From assembly GCA_001179505.1 (NCBI GenBank), contig CDMY01000651.1, forward strand, positions 1 through 36,544: 36,544 nt of DNA. Reading direction: 5' to 3'. Each line of letters begins with the position of its first letter. The first letter of the stretch is position 1. The translations under genes and the position numbers were made by a program. The notes beneath the pieces were generated by a model that searched no databases, had not been told where the DNA came from, and worked only from the letters and a program-made list of their open reading frames with translations. Origin of the DNA: Vitrella brassicaformis CCMP3155 (Eukaryota > Protista > Chromerida). This document shows, in pieces, positions 23,795-34,611 of the stretch.

Positions 23795-26192
23795 CTAAGC
23801 CACTGTCCCTTCCCCACCCGCCTCGTCCTTCCCCTCCGCCAGCCATTCGAAGGGACAGGTCTGCGCAAGGGACAGACCGATAACCTCTTGAATGGAGGCA
23901 CGTGATGGCACCACGCCGATATCTTCGTCTCCAGCACGCAGCGGTTGGTCCAATCGTTCGATTTTCACCTCCTGACCCTGATCACCGCGCAGCCAGATGG
24001 CACGGACGTAGACCTTCACAGGCTTGCCCGCACCGCTGTCGAGAAAGGAGGCCAGGACACCCCCAGGCCCACCCCCCTTTGGCGCCACCGATGCGAGCGC
24101 TTCAGACACACTGCGCTTGATGATGGCGACGGAGTCTTTGTCAGGGCCCGTCGGTCCCTCCTTGCATTGGCCGCCGTATATCGTCGTCAAGCGCCCTCTC
24201 TCGGTCACAAAGACGAAGAAGTCGAAGCCAAGGAAGCTTGAGTACTTCGGCTTGACGAAATAAGACACGCGGGGCTCTCCTGCAAGTCTCGGGTCCATCT
24301 TGTCGTAGAAGATGGTGATGAGATCCTTCAGCGTTTTTGGCTCGCTTGATTGAATGACGCCCCCAAACTTGCATCCATCATTGACTGCAGCAGGGACCAA
24401 CTGGGCTGCCGCGCTGCTCAGGGCTGCTTCTGCCTCTCCGATGGCCACCAAGTGACTGTGGAGGAGTCGGAGCAGCACCCCTGCGCCGGCAACGCCCTCC
24501 CATCTTCTGCCGGACCCCCTCTCATCGAGTAGCTGGTTCAGGAGCGTGGGAATCACCCTCAAACCAGCGGCAAATCCTTCGCCGAGCGCCGACTTGACCT
24601 CATGGGACTCCCCCAACTCCTTACACGCCAGGCCCAGATAGCACGGCGGCCACGTACACGAATCGCCGAAGACGTCCAGGAAGCGCGACCAGGTCCCGAG
24701 TTTGTCCAGAAGCTGGCCGTCGCCCTCAATGGCTGTTCGAATGACGTTTTGGGCAAGCGCCGCATCAAGACGAGGGACTTTCATTTTTCTGAAGGGCCGT
24801 CGCACGTTGTCTGGCTTGGGCGGCTCTTCCGAGTACATGAGCGTCAGCAACCCAGGCGCCCGCCCAGTCCAAGAGACGATACCAGCGTGTGTGTCTGGGC
24901 AGAGGCCGCTCTCGGTCACATCGGAGATTCTCTCCACCCTCGGAATTTGCGGTTTGTAGACGTCGCGGCCGCTGAGGTTCCAGTAGTAGCTCTCGAGACG
25001 GTTCCCTAGTGTGGCGATGTGGCTCGAAAACACGAAGTAACGCTGCCGCTTGTCGACAAAGTGCTCGGTCAGAAAGTCAGCCACCTCCTTTGCCAATGGC
25101 TCTTCCTTGAACTCAGTGTCTGCGGGGATGCGCTGGTTAAGTTCGTCAGCGAAGAGGACCAGAGAGTGGCTGCCGAGCCACTCCTGGATTGTCCTGCGGC
25201 TGACCGAGACGTTCTCCACCCAGTCGCTGAAGGTGACTTGGGCTGCAGGCTTTCCCAGAGCCTGTGCCACCTTGTCGAGAGCCTCCGGTGTTGCAGTGGC
25301 CCAGGCTATTCGCAACGCGATGGACTGCAGCGGGCTGCGGGCGGATAGCTCGAAGTCGGTGGGCTTCGTCCCCTCGTTGAACCTGCAGAACGATAGATCG
25401 CCACAGACAACAAGAAACATCTCACCATTGCTGGCTGTACACCAGCCTCTGTCTGTCTCTCTGTCTCTCTGTCTGTCTGCTTCTACATACGTGACAAATA
25501 GGGCAGGGATGTCCTTTTTCTGGAGCCCCAGGGCGATCTGCTTCATCAGTCGGGTCTTGCCACCACGCGAAAAACGAGTGACAACCATCGGCGGCACACG
25601 GATGGCACGGTCCTCGTCGCGCGCTTCATAGTGCCCGACAAGCTCTTGCGAGATCTTGTCGAGTCGCCCTTGGCCGATGTACGGCTGTTGCTGGCCGAGG
25701 TCGAGAGCGACGCTTGGCGCGAGTCGGAGGCCACGATCGATGGGCTCGGTGAGCCTGTCGACACTGATCAAGTCGCCAGCCTCGATCTCCACATCATTCT
25801 TGCCGCGGACGCCCAGCGGTGCAACGACGGCATCTGTACACAGACCCACACACAGACAAACAGACAGACAGACACTACTTGAATGAGTGCTTGCCCGCCT
25901 CGTCCTCTCTCGCTGGCTGGCTCGCTCCATCCCATCCAGCTAGCTAAGGAGGTGTACCTACGGGCAACTGGCCGCTCGTGGCAGTTCCTTCACTCATCAG
26001 CACCAGCCTCGTGGCTGTCTTGAGCCGCCTCACTCGTCGCCAGGCAACAGCGCTGCGGTCGCGCTGGTTCGCGTTGATGTGGGTCGGGATGGTGCGGTGT
26101 AGGAATGCCATAGATGCCGGCACCGTCCTCTCAGCCACGCAGCACAACAGCCATCCTCCCAGCACAATGAGGAAGTACAAGACAGCCATCAT
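23795..26192 (-). CDS. Crinkler/RHS-like protein: signal peptide + transit-like peptide + P-loop NTPase + PD-(D/E)xK nuclease fold (~721 aa, 3 exons, apparently intact)
   Basis: Model complement(join(23795..25382,25491..25833,25958..26192)) = 2166 nt with GT-AG introns, matching phases and no internal stop. Walker A variant TRFSRGGKT (~25553-25579); Walker B LVLFADE (~25143-25163); C-terminal FLGFDFFVF...YGGQCKEG (~24158-24235). Confidence 0.8.
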
Positions 26193-26749
26193 CCAGCGGG
26201 GAAGCGACACTGAGGATGGGTCATGCATGAGCTGGGCGTGCCCATACTGCAGTCAAACAGGAACACAAACAGGCACATACAAGATATCAACTACATGACT
26301 GAGAATCACAAACAGGCACATTCACCGTGATGCAATCAACCAACGTCATACTGGATGGCCTCACTCACCACGGATCTGCCACAGATTCACCTACGATGAC
26401 ACTCAACCCCACAGAGGGCAGGAACACAAGCTTCAGTCGGCCCGTGCGTGCACGAGGAGATAGATGGCCGGCTGGCCAGAGCAGCTTCACCAGCTGGCCG
26501 ACTCAATCACCGGAACCAAGCTTTTCGCTGCTTCACGCGCACGTTCGTGGTTGACACGTCTGAAACACGCACAGACACACAATGCATACACTTTCAGTCA
26601 GAGATGCCGAATCTCTGTTTTCACACCTGTTCTCGCGCTGAAGCACTCAAGCCACAGGTCCACACCTGCGCACTCGCTTTCTCGACTTCTTGCACCTTTC
26701 TCACTCGCTCGCGCTCGCTTAGGGGTTTAACGAGACTCCTGTCCCTAAC

Positions 26750-27196
26750 GCGTGAATGCAACAGGGCCTGACGTTCTTGCTGTGGCTCGCCCAGTGGGCA
26801 AGGAGCGTGCGATCAGGGTGGTTCGTTACTATCCGTTTTTTTCTCTGTTCGCTTCCAAGCTATATAGCTTGACACACTGAAGCAAGGCCAGTCAGTGAGG
26901 TTGGTTGGGAGAGATTCCCTTCCGTAGAAGCGCTCACCGCGCCCATTGGCTTTACTCACTGATGCGCTGACTCTGACTGCCTCGTGAATGATGGTTGGGA
27001 ACGTGCTTGAGATCGGAAGAGCCACCTCGAGATCTGCTGGAGCACACGCAACGTGACGGCAATGACGTCTTGACGTGTCCAAGCAGAACCGCATCGGAAT
27101 CAGCTACAGAAAAGCTGCACTCGGCTTATACCGCTTCTGTGTCGGGGTCCGAGTTGAGGAGGGAGGCGGTGCCTCTCGTGCGTCTGTGACGGTGAA
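26750..27196 (-). mobile_element. Duplicated copy of the decayed Copia 3' pol (RT-RNase H junction) segment
   Basis: Near-identical to 27617-28060, which is contiguous with the Copia RT. Confidence 0.75.
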
Positions 27197-27616
27197 GAGC
27201 GGAGATGGTGGGCATGATGGACTACGACCTGGTGATGTGGACGTGCTGACGACGACGGGCTGCTCACTATATGTTACTCTTTCCCGTTCCCTCTACCTTC
27301 CTGCCTTGCTGTGTCGGGATGGGCACGACAAGGAGCAGCTCGAGATAACAGTGAGAGACCGGCACGTCAGGACTGAAGAAGCAGAGACGAGAAGTGGAGA
27401 AGATGCAGAAACGAGAAGAGAAGCGTGTCTATCTTTTCACGACATGATGGCTGACTATCTCTGTGCATCACAGTGAATGGATGGGGATGGGAGAGGTTGT
27501 TCGTTGGTGTTGAGAAGACAGACAGAAGGCACCCATCTGGGGAATAACGTGTGCCTGATTGGCTTGTCGGCTAGCATCGACTCACTATCTCTCTCATCTT
27601 TGCTTGCTTGCTGTGT

Positions 27617-30515
27617 GCGTGAATGTAACTTGGCCTGACGTTTTTGCTGTGGCTCGCCCAGTGGGCAAGAAGCGTGCAATCAGGATTCGTTACTATCCGT
27701 TTTTTCTCTGTTCGCTTCCAAGCTATATGGCTTGACACACTGAAGCAAGGCCAGTCAGTGAGGTTGGTTGGGAGAGATTCCCTTCCGTAGAAGCGCTCAC
27801 CGCGCCCATTAGCTTTACTCACTGATGCGCTGACTCTGACTGCCTCGTGAATGATGGTTGGGAGCGTGCTTGAGATCGGAAGAGCCACCTCGAGATCTGC
27901 TGAAGCACACGCAACGTGACGGCAATGACGTCTTGACATGTAGAAGCAGAACCGCATCGGAATCAGCTACAGAAAAGCTGCACTCGGCTTATACCGCTTC
28001 TGTGTCGGGGTCCGAGTTGAGGAGGGAGGCGGTGCCTCTCGTGCATCTGTGACGGTGAAGTGAGTCTTGCCCCAGCACGAAAAGAACTTGGTCAGTTCCT
28101 TGCACGCATAGGCAATGAGGTGGTCTCGTGATTGCGCTGTACAGCAGGCTTCCAACCAGCTCTCTGTACGGCAACTCACGTGCGGCCTCTGCCTCTGCTT
28201 CTGTTCGAGGGCCCATTTCTGAGCTCAAACGCACACCTGGTGGCAATGGCGTCATGGCTGGGTTGGCTCGCTCCATTCGGAACTTGGTGAGCAGGCTAGA
28301 GATATATTCGGAACTTGGTGAGCAGGCTAGAGATATATTTCTCTTGTGAGAGTGTCATCTCTCCCTTCTCTTTGTCGTATTTGACTTCGATGCCTACGAA
28401 GGTGTCGACTTCGCCCAGGTCCTTGACGGCAAATCGTTGGCCGATTTCCTCCAAGAACCAATCGAGGTCAGCATCGCACCCAGCATAGACAATGTCATCG
28501 ACAACCACACCCAGCCATAGCTGTCGTGTCTTGTGTGTGAAGATGCAGGGATCAGCGACGAGTGGCTCGAAGCCCATGGCTCTCAGCGACTGCACCAGCA
28601 GCTGATTCCATGCTCTCGGCGCTTCCCTCAGCCCATACAGGGCCTTCCGCAGTCTGATGACATGCCCAGGCTTCTCGTATCCCTCTGGGCGCTCCATGTA
28701 CACAGGAGTGTCCAGTGGCGCGTTGAGGAAAGCGGTGCGTCCAGCTGACGCATCGACCACCCCTTCTTCAATACAGCCGCCAGAAAGGTACGGACAGCCT
28801 GCCCAGACATCGTGGGTGCATACGTCTCTTCGTCAGGTCTCAGCCTCTGTTGGAAGCCTTTGGCGACCAATCGCGCCTTCTTCCTGTCGGGCTTCTGTTT
28901 GAAGACCCATTTGGCCTGGATCACTCGTCCATCCGCCTCCTCACGTAAGACATACTCAAACACACCCAGGTCATGCATGGCTTGATGCTCTTTGTCCATT
29001 GCCTCTATCCAGCCCTCACATTCAGGCCCTTCGCGGGCTTCCTGACATGTTTTAGGCTCATAGACGGTGTCAGCCATCGGTCCTGCCTTGACGCTGAATG
29101 CATTCACAAACAGGTCAGGTAAACCACCCGCATGGCCACGTGAGCGTCTCCTGCCAGCACTTCTCTGTCTCGACTGCTGTGTGAACAGGTGCGACCAGTC
29201 TGGTGGTGCGTCAGAGGTCCTTCCCGCATTGCACATGCATCGTGAGGACTTCACTGCCAGGCAGTGGCAGCCCTTGCCTCCCCTCTTCGCGTCCATCCGG
29301 TCCCCTCCTGTCTTCTTATCCCCACACAGACGTACGACAACCGGTCCATTCGCCACACCGACCTGCACAGCACGGACATCGAATAGATGGTCCTCGTACA
29401 AGCGTCGTGGTATCGTTCTCTCGCGTCCAGAGCGCCGTGGTGGAGGGACTGGTGGTGCTCGTCGGTCGAAAGCCATCTCGCCCTCATCGATCGGCATGAG
29501 TTCCATTTCTGCATCGCTCGGCTGGGGTCGGCTGCTGGGCCTGATGCCGGTTCGGCATCCATCCCATCCACCATGTGGTCGTGCTATGGGTTGGTGGCTC
29601 TCGGCTGCCCATCCATTTGGACGTCGCCTGACCCACTCGGCCCATCGAACGGTTCAGCCCCGCCTGCCTGCACATGGCCTTGCTGATCGAGGTGACCCAT
29701 CTCCTCCAGCTCATCGGGCTCGACATCTCTTATCTCGGGCTTTTCGGCAACAATCGGGTCGCTCTCAGGATTGACTATCACATCCCCTCTTCGAGCCGAT
29801 TGGTGCGCTAAGTCAGCCAGTCCATCCCCTCTTTGCGCATGGTCGTCGACAAGCTCAGGGCGGGCCTGCAGAGGTCCACCGAGTCGATGGGTGGCTTCCC
29901 AGCTGGCCGGCACGAGCCGTCGATGCCAAGTGCGCTTCTCGAGGAAACGAACATCACGCGAGATGATGACGCGTCTTGTTTTGGGGTTCCACATGCGATA
30001 GGCGTCCTTGGTGCGACCATCGTAGCCTATCAGCAGCATGGGAACTGCCCTGGCCGCAAATTTGTGTGCTCTGAAGGGCTTCCGCACATGGACGAAGCCA
30101 AGACAGCCCCACACACGCACATGGCCCAGGTAGGGCCGGCGGGCATGCCACATCTCATATGGCGTTTTGTCCTCTGAGAGGCTCTCTGTTGGCATTCTGT
30201 TCCTCAGATATGCCGCTGTGTCGATGGCGAACGGCCAGAAGGCCTCGGTGATGCCATGACGAAGGAGTAGGGCGGTCCCTTTCTCCAAGAGTGTGCGGTT
30301 CATCCGCTCGGCGACACCATTCTCTCGAGGTGTGTAAGGCGCACTAAACTGACGTTTGATGCCCCTATCAATACACTCTTGCTCAAACGAACCAGCAGAG
30401 AGCTCTTGAGCCCAATCTGGTCTGATAGTCTCAGGTGTCTTGCCCCATTCGCCGCACAGCCGCCGCAATGCAGCTGCCGATTCATCTCGGGTCCTGAGCA
30501 TGTACACCGCCACCA
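27617..30515 (-). mobile_element. Ty1/Copia LTR retrotransposon pol remnant (integrase then RT, frameshifted, 5'-truncated)
   Basis: Integrase IRPDWAQE...APYTPRENGVAERMNRTLLE...FWPFAIDTAAYLRNR...VWGC...IISRDVRFLE; RT EWIEAMDKEH..., KWVFKQK...KARLVAKGFQQ, LRKALYGLREAPRAWN, VVVDDI, YRELVGSLLY. Several frameshifts; 31-bp tandem duplication at ~28277-28338. Confidence 0.95.
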
Positions 30516-30549
30516 TATATAATCTCCCTCTCCATGGATGTCTGTGTAG

Positions 30550-30938
30550 TTGTCGGGTCCCCTGCCGATCGAGTTGGGTGGCTGGAAGTCCATGGAGGTC
30601 CTTGATTTGGACAATAACAACTTCAGCGGCCCCATACCAGCAGAGCTGGCAGCAGAGCTGGGACAACTGTCTAAGCTACGGCAACTGAGCCTCGCAGACA
30701 ACAGGGTAGATACCGACGCACACTCATACCGACACACAGACATCAATGACTGAATCCATACATATGATCTCCCTCTCCATGGATGTCTGTGTAGTTGTCG
30801 GGTCCCCTGCTGATTGAAATGGGTGGCTGGAAGTCCATGGAGGTCCTTGGTCTGTACAATAACAACTTCAGCGGCCCCATACCAGCAGAGCTGGGACAAC
30901 TGTCTAAGCTACAAGTTCTGAACCTCGGAAACAACAGG
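30550..30938 (+). CDS. Two tandemly duplicated exons of plant-type 24-residue leucine-rich repeats
   Basis: LSGPLPIELGGWKSMEVLDLDNNNFSGPIPAEL(AAEL)GQLSKLRQLSLADNR and a near-identical second exon (30795-30938, 144 nt), each preceded by the same intron tail ...ccatggatgtctgtgtag. Confidence 0.85.
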
Positions 30939-31089
30939 GTAGATGGCAGGGAGGGGCCCGTGTGGGCGGAACTCATCCCCGCCATCAACCGCAGTGACAA
31001 ACAGGTCCGTCAAGAACGCACCATAGAGCAGAAAACCGAACGACAATACGACGCCGATCTCGTGTGTCTGCATGTTGCTTTTCCTGGCG

Positions 31090-31660
31090 TCCATCAGGAC
31101 CTGCATTGGTCAGACATCATCCATATCGTGCGGACCAAGAAGGCCGACCCCCGCCCACATGTCGACCGCCCCTCACCCTCACCACCCCCACCCCCACCCC
31201 CATCAGCACCGGAAGAACAGGCGGCATCGCCCTCGTCTTTCGTGCAGGAGATCGCCTCTAAGATCGAGGGCGCATTTGACATGGTCGCGCAGTCGGTCCC
31301 CCCACCCCCGCAGCTGCCCACTCACAACGCCATCACCGACCTCCCCAATCGGGTACCCGACAGAGGGCAGCCGCAGACACGACCACTGACTTCCGGCCGC
31401 CCGTTGTCTGCCGATGTGTCGCCATCCAAGACACTAGAGTTCACTGTGGAGATCGGCACGGACTTCCAGTCGTTCATGAGTGGCCACGACATGAATGAGT
31501 GGCGCCTCCGGCTCCACCTGGCGGACTTTCTTGGCGTCTCGCCGGCTCTCGTCCACTGCCTGGGGGTCACTGCGGGCGCCGGCGAGGTCTTCGCTGCGGC
31601 GGCATCGCCCTCGACCCTCATGACTTTCACCGTCCACCCAGAAGCGCACCTCGACCGGCT
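31090..31660 (+). CDS. Pro-rich segment and SEA-like module
   Basis: TLEFTVEIGTDFQSF...LHLADFLGVSPALVHCLGVTAG...TLMTFTVHP resembles the LA..LGV....V..GS..V.F.I SEA-like repeat seen in protist surface proteins. Recognition by eye only. Confidence 0.35.
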
Positions 31661-33394
31661 CAAGTCACCGATGCGGACGTCATCGGATGTGTCTTGTCCA
31701 CCAGCCGCTGTATCCGCAACGCCACACTGACTAGCGACTACACCATCCCTTCCTACCTCGACGCCCCCAGCGAGCCCTTCTGCGCGGCCCCGATCACAGA
31801 CCCACGTAGCAGAAAAGTGGTGGGGGTCATCATGGCAACGCAGAAGAAGTCCGGAGCGACGGTCGGTGGCTGGGGCTGGGGCGGGGCGCATGAGGGAGAG
31901 CAGGGCTTCACGAGCGAAGACGAGGAACTGCTGCGGTGTTTTGGGCTGGCCGCTGGCGTTTTGATGCAGAAGGTGGAGGCCATCGAAAAAACGACGATTC
32001 AGAACCAAAAGTAAGCACGATGACTGGATGTGTGTGTGCGTGTGTGCACGTGCTGTTGAGCCCACAGACCACTTTCTCGACGCTTTGCCCTGCAGGATGA
32101 AAGATGCGGTAGAGCTTGCCTTGAAGCTGTCCAGCACGAAGACCTTCAAAGAACTTTTTACGTGTCTCGAGAAGTCATTGCCCCACGTCGTTGAAACCCC
32201 AGCTGTCCGCCTTTTCTGGTCGACCGCTTCCACATCGATCGCTTCTTCAGGTAAGCTCAGAATGCTCGAGCCTTCGGCGGATCAGCTTTATCTGTCGCAT
32301 TGTTGCAGATTTGCTAACGGCGAGAGGGTGGCTTTTGATGAGTTCAGAGGCCTCGCAGGGGCGGTGCTCTACGACGGTCGCCAAATGTGTGTGCCCCAGG
32401 CCAATGCCGACGACAGGTCGCCACTCGAAGCACTGACAGGCATCCTAGTCAACAATGTCGTACCATGTCTCATGTCTCGTGCGCAGATTTGACGCAGGTG
32501 TCGATCTTGATGTGCCCTTGGGAATGTCTGTGGTGCCCATCAAGCTGACAGATGATCCGAGTGCGGTTGTTAAAGGCTGCCTGCAGGTCGCCCACCCCCG
32601 AGGTGCTGTCGAGCACCACACGGGCAGGTCGGCCGTGGACAGAGACATCCTCTCATACCTGGTACGCTTTGGCGGCAGGTCTTCCCGACCGATTGGCTTC
32701 GCTCGTGTCTGTCTGTTGTCATCAGGTCCGCCTCATCGCTGCTGTGATCGACATGCTGTGGCACTCGACTAGGGGGAACGAGCCGCTATCGAAGATGGCA
32801 TTGGAGACGCCAGCACCAGCCCAACGGCGGAAAACCGCCCACTTCTACCGGTCCGCCACACTGGGTCATCCTTCGTCGTCACCGCTGAGCCCCCTGCGAG
32901 ACAGCAGAAGAGGGAGCTCCAGCAATAAGGAGGACAGCGACGATTCGGGCAGTGACAAAGCGACATCGGGCCCACGACCAAACGAGCTTGCCTTCTCTTT
33001 TGAGATATCGCTTCCATCGCCTCCCGAGGAGCTGCGACCGGAGGCGTTGCCGGAGGGGCGGGACATCAGACTGTCCACTGGCGGCGATTCCTGCAGCACC
33101 CCCCTCACGAGCCCGTTCTGCTCGCCTGTACCGCATTTGCATACCAGAGGACTCGATGACTTGCGGCTGTCGGCCGTTGATGCTACTTCTGCTGCTGATG
33201 GTCAGGGAGACGGAAACGGCACGCAGCCGCCTCCCGTGCATGCGCGTGGCCCTTGTTTATCGACACCATCACCCCTCGACTCGTATTTTCGAAGCGAGAG
33301 TGGAGCGGCCGGAGCACCACCCCCGGCTGAGGACCTCTCGGAGCTGATTGTGTCTCGGGGAAGTCTGTCGGTGTCTTCGAGTGACCCCGCCTAG
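31660..33394 (+). pseudogene. Tandem GAF-domain protein (PDE-type GAF-A/GAF-B) with Ser/Pro-rich tail; frameshifted
   Basis: DVIGCVLSTSRCIRN...FCAAPITDPRSRKVVGVIMATQKK...FTSEDEELLRCFGLAAG; second GAF (LFLVD after restoring one T at ~32212) ...GLAGAVLYDGRQMCVPQANADDR|FDAGVD...GCLQVAH. Stop at 33394. Confidence 0.75.
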
Positions 33395-34049
33395 CGAGTG
33401 GCAAACCACGACTGCATGCATCACAAGATGCTGAGATTGTGGCAAGTGGGATGCGGGGGTTCGTGCTGTGCACAGTGAGCCCGACATTCTGGTCGGCTTA
33501 GGCGAGGGAGACGTGCTTCCTTTCATTCATGCTTGAGTCTCCGCTCAGTACGTGTTCTTCTTGGTTTGGTTGACGTGATGGATTGACGAACTAACTTGTA
33601 TGTGCGTGCGTCCCTGACAAATGGCATGGCTTCATTAAATGCGAAATTCTTATACACACAGACATTCACGTGCGTGGACACGAGCATGCAACCGTCTGCT
33701 AATTTCATTAGCCACACACCCCGGTCAGCAGTTATTCTCATCAGGAAGACTGCTCCGTACATACATACATAGGTCAGACGAATTCATTACAACAGCGTCG
33801 GATCTATCTCAGTGGCTCTCACCCTGCTGTGCCAAGCAACCTGATGTCCTGAATGTTCGCCGATCCCAGCCGTTTAATCCCAACCGTCGTTTGCGAGCTG
33901 AGGATCTTGCCTGGCTTCTCAGCTCATCGCGGATCTCTGCAATACTCGGCAAGAGCCCTTTCTGACACGACTCGTTGTTCGACACCCTTGCACGCTTCTG
34001 ACAAGTCAAGATCTGACTCCCCAGCTCAGATCACTCCAGATCTGTCTAC

Positions 34050-34125
34050 CAGGTGTGCCAATACTCGCTGTCTGCATCAGGTGTGCCAATACTCGCTGTC
34101 TGCATCAGGTGTGCCAATACTCGCT
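34050..34125. repeat. 28-bp tandem repeat, 2.7 copies
   Basis: caggtgtgccaatactcgctgtctgcat repeated. Confidence 0.95.
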
Positions 34126-34495
34126 TCGCTCGGGCTGTTTCTGGTGCCGCACCGAGCAAAATCATCGGCTGTGAGACCTGAACCCCCGCAGCAGCCTCCC
34201 TGCCCTCATCACTCGGCTATCCCGCCGTACCCCCAGATGGCGCCCACCGCGGTCTCACTCACCTCCCCCTCACCCGTCATGGACTCCACCTCGCCCCCTG
34301 CAGCCTCCCCCATGGCTGTTGTCGAAGGGCACTCAAGCCCTAGCCCAGGCTGCTACGTGAAACGAACCACTATTTGTGGAGAACCAACGCCACAGCGTTA
34401 GGCACACTGGGTCTTTCTTTGAGAAAAGACTCTGACTCCATCTGCTTGGTCATCAGCTACTCTACGAGCAAACTGGGCACGCTATTTATCCGACA

Positions 34496-34513
34496 GGTTA
34501 AGAGCCGAAGGGC
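34496..34513 (+). promoter_or_regulatory. Putative half-tRNA primer-binding site following an LTR-like CA end
   Basis: ...tatccgaCA|GGTTAAGAGCCGAAGGGC resembles the Copia half-tRNA PBS GGTTATGRGCCC and lies ~115 bp upstream of the gag-linked ORF. Confidence 0.6.
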
Positions 34514-34611
34514 TTGGTGACTGGCGGACACACAGCAGAAATCGGCAACGACAACTGACTGACAGAGAGAGAAAGAAGAAACAAACACTCTTTTGGCCGT
34601 GTCTCACAAAG

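Noticed and set aside
25834-25930. N-terminus MERASQRERT...VCLSVCLCV of the 711-aa ORF, and the in-frame segment 25383-25490
   Set aside because: Both are typical microsatellite-rich intron sequence with GT-AG ends that happen to be stop-free.
33853-34401. 182-aa Pro/Ser-rich ORF
   Set aside because: Partly built from the 28-bp tandem repeat, low complexity, no motif support.
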